Shown in pieces: positions 56,325-64,000 of a stretch of 64,000 bases of DNA. The notes under the pieces are model-generated. The model ran no database searches and was not told the origin of the DNA. It worked only from the letters and a program-made list of their open reading frames with translations. The translations under genes were made by a program, and so were the position numbers. The DNA is from Candidatus Latescibacterota bacterium (GTDB lineage: Bacteria > Latescibacterota > UBA2968 > UBA8231), in NCBI GenBank assembly GCA_965221775.1, contig CBDCSU010000005.1:1248001-1312000 (forward strand), given 5' to 3'. The number at the start of each line of letters is the position of its first letter. Position 1 is the first letter of the stretch.

Positions 56325-56837
56325 GTGAAGAGGCGACCGATAGAATACTGTTACTGGGTGGAGCCGGGCCAACTCCTGGCCGGAGAGTATCCCATGGTCA
56401 AGGACGACGAGGCGGCGTCCAAGGCCAGACTGGCGGCGCTCACTGAAGCAGGGGTCACGACCTTTATCGACCTGACCGAGGCTGGAGAGCTCTCGCCCTA
56501 TGCCCAGTGGCTGGAGTCGGAGAGCCAGACGCATCACCGTTTCCCAATCGAGGACGTGCGTATTCCGGACACGCCGGAGACGACCGTAGAGATCCTCGAC
56601 ACCATCGACACCCACATCGCCCAGGGCGAGGTTGTGTACCTGCATTGTTGGGGTGGGGTGGGGCGCACGGGGACCATAGTGGGCTGCTGGCTGGCCCGGC
56701 ACGGGGCGCCCGGGGCTGCGGCCTTGGAGCACTTGGCGGAACTCTGGGTCAAGTGTCCCAAGTCCGTTACCAAGCCCCGCTCACCGGAGACTGAGGAACA
56801 GCGCCGATATGTCAGAGAGTGGGCCGAAGAGGGATGA
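56325..56837 (+). CDS. Dual-specificity/tyrosine protein phosphatase family protein
   Basis: CX5R motif HCWGGVGRTG; FIDLTE, FPIED, SPET.EQ. Confidence 0.9.
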   Translation: MKRRPIEYCYWVEPGQLLAGEYPMVKDDEAASKARLAALTEAGVTTFIDLTEAGELSPYAQWLESESQTHHRFPIEDVRIPDTPETTVEILDTIDTHIAQGEVVYLHCWGGVGRTGTIVGCWLARHGAPGAAALEHLAELWVKCPKSVTKPRSPETEEQRRYVREWAEEG

Positions 56838-56886
56838 GTGGTTCTGATGAATGGCCCGGCTTTGCCGAAGAGGGAAGGAGACCCAC

Positions 56887-57915
56887 ATGCCCAATGGTCA
56901 TGCCGCATCTGAGACCTGGTTTGAGAAACTGACCGGCTTTGCCGAAGAGTCCCCCGAGCAAGTGCGGGCGAATCTCAGCGTCAATGGGCGAGTCCTGGAA
57001 TCTCGGGTCAACGGCAGGACTCTGACTTTCGGAGAGCTGGAGACGCCGTCCTTGGCCGAGCTACGCCACCGGGTTCAAACGAGCGGCTATGAGACCGGAG
57101 TCCTGACGATCCGCGAAGTCGTTGCAGACGTCCAGGACCTGCACGCGGATGCGGAGAATGTAGGTGCGCTCTTTCAGGTCGCCTCCCAGTTCAATCTGCT
57201 CGAAATGGTCTGCCCGGATGTCACCCCAGAGGACGGGGTCACCCGGTATAGGGAGGACCGCACCCAAGGACCAGCGTGTGCCATTGCGGCGGGAGCAGGC
57301 ACGATCTATCGCAACTACTTTGTCCCCGTGAATGGGCGGGCCGGGCAATCCGCCACCAACCAGATCGATTGCCTGGCCGATATCGGCGTAGCCTTGGGCA
57401 ATACCGAGAACCGTCTGTGGGACATGCGCAATGGGTATGCGTTGCCTTCACAGGAGGGGTTGGTCGAGATCCGACAGCGTCTGAGAGCATCGACTGAAGC
57501 GGAGCTGGATGCGTTGCGCGCCTTGCTTCGCATCGGCCTGCAGTGGGGAACGCAAGTGACACTCGCTGGCTGCACACACTTGGTCTCTCAAGCCTATTGC
57601 TCTGCCTTGCCGATCGCCTATCGTGCGTCGACTCCTGAAAATTGGGCGGAGTTCGCGCGGCTCATTCTGGAGGCGACCTATGAGGCCACGCTCTGCGCGG
57701 CCCTTGTGAATGCGCGCCAAACCGGCAGCAACACGGTATTCCTGACCCTGATCGGAGGCGGAGCGTTTTGCAACGAAGCCGCTTGGATCATGGATAGCCT
57801 CCACCGCGCCTTGGATCTCTACAAGCAGGCTGCTCTTGACGTCGCCATCGTCAGCTATGGGTCGTCAAATCAAGGTATCCAGCATCTTGTGAGCCACACG
57901 GAACATTGCATGTAG
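56887..57915 (+). CDS. Conserved hypothetical protein, possible macro/PARG-like fold
   Basis: FQVASQFNLLEM, DRTQGPACA, LTLIGGGAF.N. Confidence 0.65.
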   Translation: MPNGHAASETWFEKLTGFAEESPEQVRANLSVNGRVLESRVNGRTLTFGELETPSLAELRHRVQTSGYETGVLTIREVVADVQDLHADAENVGALFQVASQFNLLEMVCPDVTPEDGVTRYREDRTQGPACAIAAGAGTIYRNYFVPVNGRAGQSATNQIDCLADIGVALGNTENRLWDMRNGYALPSQEGLVEIRQRLRASTEAELDALRALLRIGLQWGTQVTLAGCTHLVSQAYCSALPIAYRASTPENWAEFARLILEATYEATLCAALVNARQTGSNTVFLTLIGGGAFCNEAAWIMDSLHRALDLYKQAALDVAIVSYGSSNQGIQHLVSHTEHCM

Positions 57916-58204
57916 ACATGACGAGCACAGTATCAACGAACCAAGGCGACTGCCAAGGACCCCGCTCTGGTCCGTCGGGCTCCCGCTCTGGTTCGCTTCC
58001 TCGGCTCCGTCCAAGCAGCCCACTGTGGAGGGGCGCACCGCGGCCCAGCTAACGGCGTCCTCCTGAGTCTCGGCGGAGAAGGCCTGCGGTCCTACGAGAT
58101 GCCCGACCGGTGTCCCGGTGGTCATTGCGCCAAGCCCGAGAGAGTAGGAAGAGGCTCATCCGGGCTGAGAGTGGGCTGCCCAAGGGACTGGTGAGGAGAA
58201 GGGC

Positions 58205-60259
58205 ATGGGCCATAGCGATCCAAGACATGGTGAGACCCTGGGCTTAGACTTGGACGACGGGACAGGCCTGCGGGTGGCCCGCGCCCGTTTCCAGTCCGAT
58301 ACAGGGTTCTCCTGGGCTTTCTTCGACGGTTACGACCGTATCCGCATCCTCACCTACTCTGCGGGGGTGAGCGCTATCGTCCGCCTCCTGGACGAGCACG
58401 GATTCAGCGACTTCGAGTGCGTGTTCGGCTGCGAGAACACCCTGCGCACCCTGACGGACGTCATGGCCTTCCAGCAAGTCGCCATCGGCGACGCCAGGGC
58501 GGCCATCAAGAACCTGCCCGGCGAGCGCCACGCCTTCATCCTGAGGCGGGTCCGGAAGGGGCAGGCCCGCTTCCGGGTGCTGCGCAAGCAGATAGCCCAC
58601 GCCAAGCTGTACCTGCTGGAGAATACGGAGTCCGGCCGCACCCGCGTCCTCATCGGCTCGGCCAACCTGTCGGAGACCGCCTTCGGCGGCCGCCAGCACG
58701 AGACCCTGGTCTGCTTCGACGATGACGATGCTGCCTGGGGCCACTACATGGGCATGTACCAGTCCATCAGGGATCGTGCCTCAGACGAGATGCCCCTGCC
58801 GCCGGAGCGGGTCGACCATGCGGAGATAAGCCTCGTCGAGGTCCCCGTCCTGGCCCCCGACGACCACTCGACCCTGGTGATCGACTCGGCGGAGGATGAG
58901 GCGGAGGGCAACGTCGTCCACGTAAACGTGCCCCACCAGATAGAGCGGATAGAGAGGATGAAGGAGGCCATGCCCCCGGTGGTGGCCAGCCTCATCCCTG
59001 CGCCCCGCAACGGACGGCAGCAGGTGCCCCGCGACATCCGACGCCGGATCGTCAAGGAGTACAGCCGCATTCGCGTGGTCCAGACCGAGGAGGAAGCCGA
59101 CCACCGGGAGTTGTCCATCGACCGGGACGCGAAGACAGTCACATTCCTCCGCGAGCCCTTCTCGCTGGACGCTGATCTCGCCGCCGCCAGGAAGGACGCG
59201 GCGCTGCTGGTGGAGTTCTTCGGCAACTACGAGGGCACCTTCGAGGGCGGCATGGGGGTAGAGAGGCTCCAGCGGGACTACTTCATCCTCTGGTCCTGGC
59301 TCTACTTCTCGCCCTTCATGTGCGACATGCGGACCCTGGCCGGACACGAGGGGGACATCTTCCGGTACCCGTCCTTCGCCATCGTCTACGGCAAACCCTC
59401 CTGCGGCAAGTCCAGCCTCATCGACACGCTGATGACCTCCATGTTCGGCAGGGCCCACAACGTGGACAAGCGGGAGTTCACCAAGGGCAGGCTCCGGGAC
59501 ATCCAGCACGCTTACCGGCGGTTCCCTGCCGTCTTCGACGACATCGGCAGGCCCGCCATACGCAACCACGGGGAGGAGGTGATCAAGGACGAGGTGCCCC
59601 CACCGGTCTCCGAGTACCCCTGCTTCGTCCTGTCCATGAACCAGGATCTCCAAGCCTTCACCGACCAGATCGTCAAGCGGAGCCTGATGATCTACACGAC
59701 CACGGCACTCCCCTCCTACAAGGAGAGCCTGCGGCACGAACTGCACCTGAAGATACAGGAGGTTCGTCGAGGCCTGTCCACCAACCTGTACCGGGAGTAT
59801 CTCGCGAGGGCGCTGGACCGGCTCGACGACACCCCCGTGCCCGACGACTGGCTGGAGTTCTCCTCCACCCTCCTCTCCGGGCTTGTCGCCGACCTGCTGG
59901 AGGAGAGCCCGCCCAAGTGGTGCTCCCCCATCAGGTGGAACGACTACGCCGAGAAGCGCCATGAGCGGGTCAAGGCCCAGGTAGACCACCTGCTGCGGCG
60001 TGCCACGAGGATGAAGAAGGAGGGGCACCAGCCCACTGGCTGGATACTGGAGGGCGACAAGGTCATCGTCATCGAGCAGACTGACACCTTCGGGCGTCGG
60101 GAGTTCGAGTGGGAGAACGTGCCCTCCACCCTTATTGACGACAACGCCAGCGTCGGAGGCCGGACAGTCCTGAACCGCCCCGAGCTGGAGGAGTTCCTGG
60201 GCCGGAATCTCGCTGGCCGCGGCACCGGCCTGCTGGGCAGGATGCTTGGCCGAGGTTGA
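58205..60259 (+). CDS. PLD-family (HKD-type) nuclease fused to a P-loop NTPase
   Basis: HAKLYLLE...GSANLS...QHE; GKPSCGKSS Walker A; AVFDD Walker B. Confidence 0.75.
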   Translation: MGHSDPRHGETLGLDLDDGTGLRVARARFQSDTGFSWAFFDGYDRIRILTYSAGVSAIVRLLDEHGFSDFECVFGCENTLRTLTDVMAFQQVAIGDARAAIKNLPGERHAFILRRVRKGQARFRVLRKQIAHAKLYLLENTESGRTRVLIGSANLSETAFGGRQHETLVCFDDDDAAWGHYMGMYQSIRDRASDEMPLPPERVDHAEISLVEVPVLAPDDHSTLVIDSAEDEAEGNVVHVNVPHQIERIERMKEAMPPVVASLIPAPRNGRQQVPRDIRRRIVKEYSRIRVVQTEEEADHRELSIDRDAKTVTFLREPFSLDADLAAARKDAALLVEFFGNYEGTFEGGMGVERLQRDYFILWSWLYFSPFMCDMRTLAGHEGDIFRYPSFAIVYGKPSCGKSSLIDTLMTSMFGRAHNVDKREFTKGRLRDIQHAYRRFPAVFDDIGRPAIRNHGEEVIKDEVPPPVSEYPCFVLSMNQDLQAFTDQIVKRSLMIYTTTALPSYKESLRHELHLKIQEVRRGLSTNLYREYLARALDRLDDTPVPDDWLEFSSTLLSGLVADLLEESPPKWCSPIRWNDYAEKRHERVKAQVDHLLRRATRMKKEGHQPTGWILEGDKVIVIEQTDTFGRREFEWENVPSTLIDDNASVGGRTVLNRPELEEFLGRNLAGRGTGLLGRMLGRG

Positions 60260-60433
60260 ATCTCTGCCGAGGGGCCTGGTGGGATATGATGCACTGCAGG
60301 CACGATGCGCTATGACGAGAGGGGAAGAGAGAGCGACCGCCCCCAGGCTCGCTCAACTCGTCAGGCATGTCCTGAGCCGCATCCACCAGCGACCGGACGC
60401 GGAAGGCATTCACGCCGCTGAGGCATTGGACCC

Positions 60434-61366
60434 ATGATGAACGAGCCGCTGTTCATGGGCATCGATGGCGGCGGCACCAAACTCCGCATCGCTGTCACCG
60501 ACGCGGACCTCCAGTCCCTCGCTTCGATTGAGAGCTCCTCCGCCAATCCGAGTGTCATCGGACACGACAAGGCGCGACCCCACATACGACACGAGGTCGC
60601 CCACGCCTTGCGGCAAGCGCGCCTCCAGCCTCAGGACATCGCCGCCGCGGCGATCGGCATCGCCGGCGCTTCCAACCTCCACAGCGAATACTGGCTGCTC
60701 GAGACCCTGGAGCCGACCCTGCCCGGCGCATTGATCGTGCCCAGCTCCGATCTCGAGATCGCCCTGGTCGGCTCTCTTGGGCAGCGCCAGGGCATCCTGC
60801 TCCTGGCCGGGACCGGCAGCGCCGTCTATGGCGCCGCGCCCGGCGGTCAGCGCCTGCAGATCGGCGGCTGGGGCTACCTGCTGGGCGATGAAGGCAGCGG
60901 CTACTGGATTGGTTCGCAGCTCTTGCGCCACATCATCGCCCGGCACGACCGGGGCGCATCAAGCGAGGAGGACGCGCTCACCCGCGCTTGCATGGATGTG
61001 CTTGGCTTGACGGATCCGCGCGAGCTGATCGCGTGGCTGTACAGGTCGAAGGAGGCGCCGGCCACACGTGTAGCAGGCCTCGCCGAGCTCGTTCTCAACG
61101 AGGCGGCGGATTGCAGGTGGGCAACAACGTGCGTTGAATCGGCGGCCGAGCAGCTCACCCGGCAGGTCGATCTGATGCGCTCCCGCCTCGACTACGAGAA
61201 CGCGCCCATCGCTTTCGCCGGCGGCTTGCTCGACAACGACAACGCGCTCTCGCGGCGGGTGACGCAGCGCCTGGGCCTGCCGCGGCGCCCCGTGGCCAGG
61301 CACTCGCCGGTCATGGGCGCCGCCCTGCTGGCGACGACGGCCTGGCGTGCAAGAGGAGCGACCTGA
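60434..61366 (+). CDS. BadF/BadG/BcrA/BcrD ATPase (N-acetylglucosamine kinase-like)
   Basis: GIDGGGTK, AGTGS, GGWGYLLGDEGSG. Confidence 0.92.
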   Translation: MMNEPLFMGIDGGGTKLRIAVTDADLQSLASIESSSANPSVIGHDKARPHIRHEVAHALRQARLQPQDIAAAAIGIAGASNLHSEYWLLETLEPTLPGALIVPSSDLEIALVGSLGQRQGILLLAGTGSAVYGAAPGGQRLQIGGWGYLLGDEGSGYWIGSQLLRHIIARHDRGASSEEDALTRACMDVLGLTDPRELIAWLYRSKEAPATRVAGLAELVLNEAADCRWATTCVESAAEQLTRQVDLMRSRLDYENAPIAFAGGLLDNDNALSRRVTQRLGLPRRPVARHSPVMGAALLATTAWRARGAT

Positions 61367-61369
61367 CGC

Positions 61370-62815
61370 TCATCCCTTGGGAAAGTGGGGCAGTTCGAGA
61401 CCGGAGATGTGCTGCAGGATGCGGATCACCTGGGCGCTGTACCCGTACTCGTTGTCGTACCACACGTACAGCACGCAGCGTCTGCCCTGGGTAATGGTCG
61501 CTCCCGAGTCGACGATGCCCGCTCTCTCACTGCCGACGAAGTCGCTCGATACCACCTCGGGCGAGCTGGTATAGTCGATCTGGCCTCCCAAGGGCACATC
61601 GAGAGAGATATCCCGCAGGTAGGTATTGATCTCCTCTGTGCCGACTTCCCGTTCCAGGTTCAGGTTCAAGATGGCGAGGGAGACATTGGGGGTGGGCACG
61701 CGGATGGCATTGGCCGTGACCCTGCCTTCCAGTTCCGGCAGGACCTTGGCCACGGCGCTGGCCGCCCCCGTGTCCGTTATGACCATGTTCAGCGGGGCCC
61801 CCCGCCCCCGCCGTTCGTGCCTGTGAAAGTTGTCGATGAGATTCTGGTCGTTGGTGTAGGAGTGGCAGGTCTCGATGTGGACGCTGGCGATGCCGTAGCG
61901 ATCATGCACGACCTTGAGCACCGGCGTGATGGCATTGGTGGTACAGCTGCCGGCAGAGAGGATCCGCTCTTCCTCCACAATGCAGTCGTTGTTGATGCCG
62001 TAGACGATATTGGGAACATCGCCCTTGCCGGGCGCGGTGAGGACGACCTTGGCGACCCCTGGGGCCTGGAGGTGGCGCCCGAGGCCCTCGCGGTCCCGCC
62101 AGACACCGGTGTTGTCGAGGACAATGGCGTTCTCGATGCCGTAGCTGCTGTAATCCACGTCCTCCGGGCTATCCGAATAGAGGAGGCGGATCATGTTGCC
62201 ATTGGCGACGATGGCGTTCTCCTCCGGGTCCATGACGATGGTCCCCCTGAAGGGGCCGTGAATGGAGTCTCGCCGCAGCAGACTGGCCCGCTTCACCAGG
62301 TCGTCCTCCGAGCCCGTGCGCACCACCACGGCCCGCAGCCGCCACTTGTCGCCCCCGCCGCTGCGAGCGATCAGGATCCGCGCCAGTATGCGTCCGACCC
62401 GGCCGAAGCCGTAGAGCACCACGTCCTGCGGCTTGCCGGGCAGCGTCTTCCCGCCATTGACTTCAGCCAGTTCCCGGCGCACGAAAGCGTCCACATCCCC
62501 CTTCGCTTCGCTTTCCTGGAACCTGGTGGTCAACTTGCCGATATCTATCCGCGTCGGGGCCAGGTTCAGCCGGGACAGGGCCTGGAGGACCGCAGAGCTC
62601 GAAGACATGCAGAGTTCGTCCTTGATCACCTGGCGGGCAAAGCGATGAGCCTTGAGGATGTCGATGGCGGAGTTGTGCACCAGGGAGCGGCCGTAGATCG
62701 TGGTGACCACGCCGTAGTCCCGATAGAGTCTGCCGATGAGCGGGACCATGGACTCGGCGACCTCTTCCCGCCTGGACCAGTCGGCAAAGTAGCTTTCCAT
62801 CTTCGCGTCGATCAT
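61370..62815 (-). CDS. gap: Glyceraldehyde-3-phosphate dehydrogenase (long form with N-terminal extension)
   Basis: DVVLYGFGRVGR, SCTTN, HSYTNDQ, RVPT, YVWYDNEYGY. Confidence 0.92.
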   Translation of the reverse strand: MIDAKMESYFADWSRREEVAESMVPLIGRLYRDYGVVTTIYGRSLVHNSAIDILKAHRFARQVIKDELCMSSSSAVLQALSRLNLAPTRIDIGKLTTRFQESEAKGDVDAFVRRELAEVNGGKTLPGKPQDVVLYGFGRVGRILARILIARSGGGDKWRLRAVVVRTGSEDDLVKRASLLRRDSIHGPFRGTIVMDPEENAIVANGNMIRLLYSDSPEDVDYSSYGIENAIVLDNTGVWRDREGLGRHLQAPGVAKVVLTAPGKGDVPNIVYGINNDCIVEEERILSAGSCTTNAITPVLKVVHDRYGIASVHIETCHSYTNDQNLIDNFHRHERRGRGAPLNMVITDTGAASAVAKVLPELEGRVTANAIRVPTPNVSLAILNLNLEREVGTEEINTYLRDISLDVPLGGQIDYTSSPEVVSSDFVGSERAGIVDSGATITQGRRCVLYVWYDNEYGYSAQVIRILQHISGLELPHFPKG

Positions 62816-62939
62816 CTCTCCTGCTCCCCTCTCTACGGAACGGCCGGCGGGATGGCATCCGACGTTAGCGCGGCGCATCCGCAGCGGCAAGGTTCGCGCG
62901 ACGGGCGCGCCCCCGGGCAGGATCGGAGCCCGAGAGGCC

Positions 62940-63758
62940 ATGACTGAGACCCCACACCAGCAGCTCAACGTCTACGCGCCCACCACCCTTGACATCTACG
63001 TGAACGAGCCGCGGATCGCCCCCGAGCGCGCGGCTCCGGCCAACCTCCTGCGCCTGTGGTTTCCAGAGTCGCTCCAGGCGTACGACGCCGGGGACAACCT
63101 GCTGTGGGAGCACACCTTCGAATCCCAGCCCTCGTGGCGCTACGTGAACGAGTCCATGGGAGACATGAAGGGCGGCAGAGAGATCCACAAGAGCCTGCGG
63201 AGCGTGGAGACGGTCGATGGACTGGCCCTGATCGATTGCAGCGTGCGATGGCGGGGCGTCGACATCGATCTCGACCTCACGATCACCAACGTCGGGCCCA
63301 TGGCATGGGAGCGCGTGGTCACCAGCACCTGCCTGCAGCGCCCGGCGGCCCCGGACTACCTGGACGCGGATGACACCCGCACCTGGCTCTGCACCGACGA
63401 GGGCTTCGTCTCCGCGGCCGACCTGGCCTTTCCGCCGCGGCGCGACTCCCTCTACGGCTGGGTCGGCGAGGAGCTGCCGATGAAGAGCGGCGCCCGGAGG
63501 CGGCTGGTTGAGCCGCCGGTCTTCGCCGTCTCCCTCGACGGGCGCTTCGTGCTCGGCTACGCGTGGCGGCAGGCGCGGCGGCTCTTCCTGGGCGCCGGGC
63601 GCGCCCGCTGCCTGCACTCGGACCCCGAGTTCGGGACGGTCGAGCCGCGGCGCCAGGTCCGGCGGCAGGGGATCCTCTTCGTGCAGGAGGGCACGCTGCA
63701 GGACGCCTACCGCCGCTACCGCTCCTGGAGTGACGAGCTGGGGGCGGGCGACGGGTGA
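62940..63758 (+). CDS. Hypothetical protein
   Basis: Open 272-aa frame with GC-rich third positions; CLHSDP motif; no family recognised. Confidence 0.6.
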   Translation: MTETPHQQLNVYAPTTLDIYVNEPRIAPERAAPANLLRLWFPESLQAYDAGDNLLWEHTFESQPSWRYVNESMGDMKGGREIHKSLRSVETVDGLALIDCSVRWRGVDIDLDLTITNVGPMAWERVVTSTCLQRPAAPDYLDADDTRTWLCTDEGFVSAADLAFPPRRDSLYGWVGEELPMKSGARRRLVEPPVFAVSLDGRFVLGYAWRQARRLFLGAGRARCLHSDPEFGTVEPRRQVRRQGILFVQEGTLQDAYRRYRSWSDELGAGDG

Positions 63759-63853
63759 GGTGCCGGTCCGCAGGCGCCGATGGCCAGGGCCAGGACGGTC
63801 AGCCGGTTGCGGCGCGAGGTCCACGCTTCGACGGCCCGGACCCGGACCCCCTC

Positions 63854-64000
63854 TCATCCCATGCCGGGTTCGTCAGGCGGCCGGGCCCAGGGCCGGTCCC
63901 CGCCGTCGTCCAGCTCGGCCAGACGCCGGCGCTGCCCCGCCAGGTCGACGCCCAGGGCGAGGAAGAGGACGATGGCGGTCAAGGTGGCCGGGACGAGGAA
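63854..64000 (-). CDS. C-terminus of a membrane protein (possibly a transporter), truncated by window end
   Basis: FLVPATLTAIVLFLALGVDL hydrophobic helix, then a stop at 63854. Confidence 0.45.
   Translation of the reverse strand, partial: FLVPATLTAIVLFLALGVDLAGQRRRLAELDDGGDRPWARPPDEPGMG

Noticed and set aside
4837-63857. Many long alternative-frame ORFs (e.g. 4851-7109 +, 25947-27863 +, 44333-46309 +, 49598-52270 +, 50661-52856 -)
   Set aside because: Shadow frames of real genes in high-GC DNA; Arg/Pro/Gly-rich or antisense, with no motifs
1-64000. tRNA, rRNA, integrase or intact transposase genes
   Set aside because: None recognised by motif or structure in this window

Overview
High-GC bacterial window. 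Gene content (three PhyH-type dioxygenases, Gfo/Idh/MocA and TIM-barrel sugar enzymes, large secreted hypotheticals) suggests an environmental or host-associated heterotroph; taxonomy cannot be fixed from this window. The left end holds the 5' part of a type I-G (I-U) CRISPR-Cas operon on the minus strand: csb1/cas7, csb2/cas5-6 and cas3, which runs off the window. No canonical CRISPR array or cas1/2/4 is visible. The operon is headed by a small sigma-70 region-4-like HTH plus C4 zinc-finger ORF. Upstream of that lies a ~0.9 kb non-coding region in which three copies of a palindromic box (GTGTT-N4-AACAC type) alternate with two ~90-nt stem-loops. The stem-loops have conserved, co-varying stems and mostly unrelated loops; this is the most interesting candidate new system here. 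The rest is a mosaic: tightly coupled small-molecule-modifying genes (AAC(3), three NUDIX, HAD, methyltransferase, GNAT, aromatic amino-acid decarboxylase), a YejABEF peptide ABC transporter, a divergent citrate-synthase pair and sugar catabolism. Defence and toxin-antitoxin genes are scattered throughout: GmrSD-like DUF262-HNH, SIR2-like, two AAA-DUF4143 ATPases, MntA-HepT, HigBA, an HNH nuclease and a PLD-NTPase fusion. There are several gene-fragment scars and a candidate structured ncRNA next to the SIR2 gene. All family calls come from motifs recognised by eye; no database search was run.
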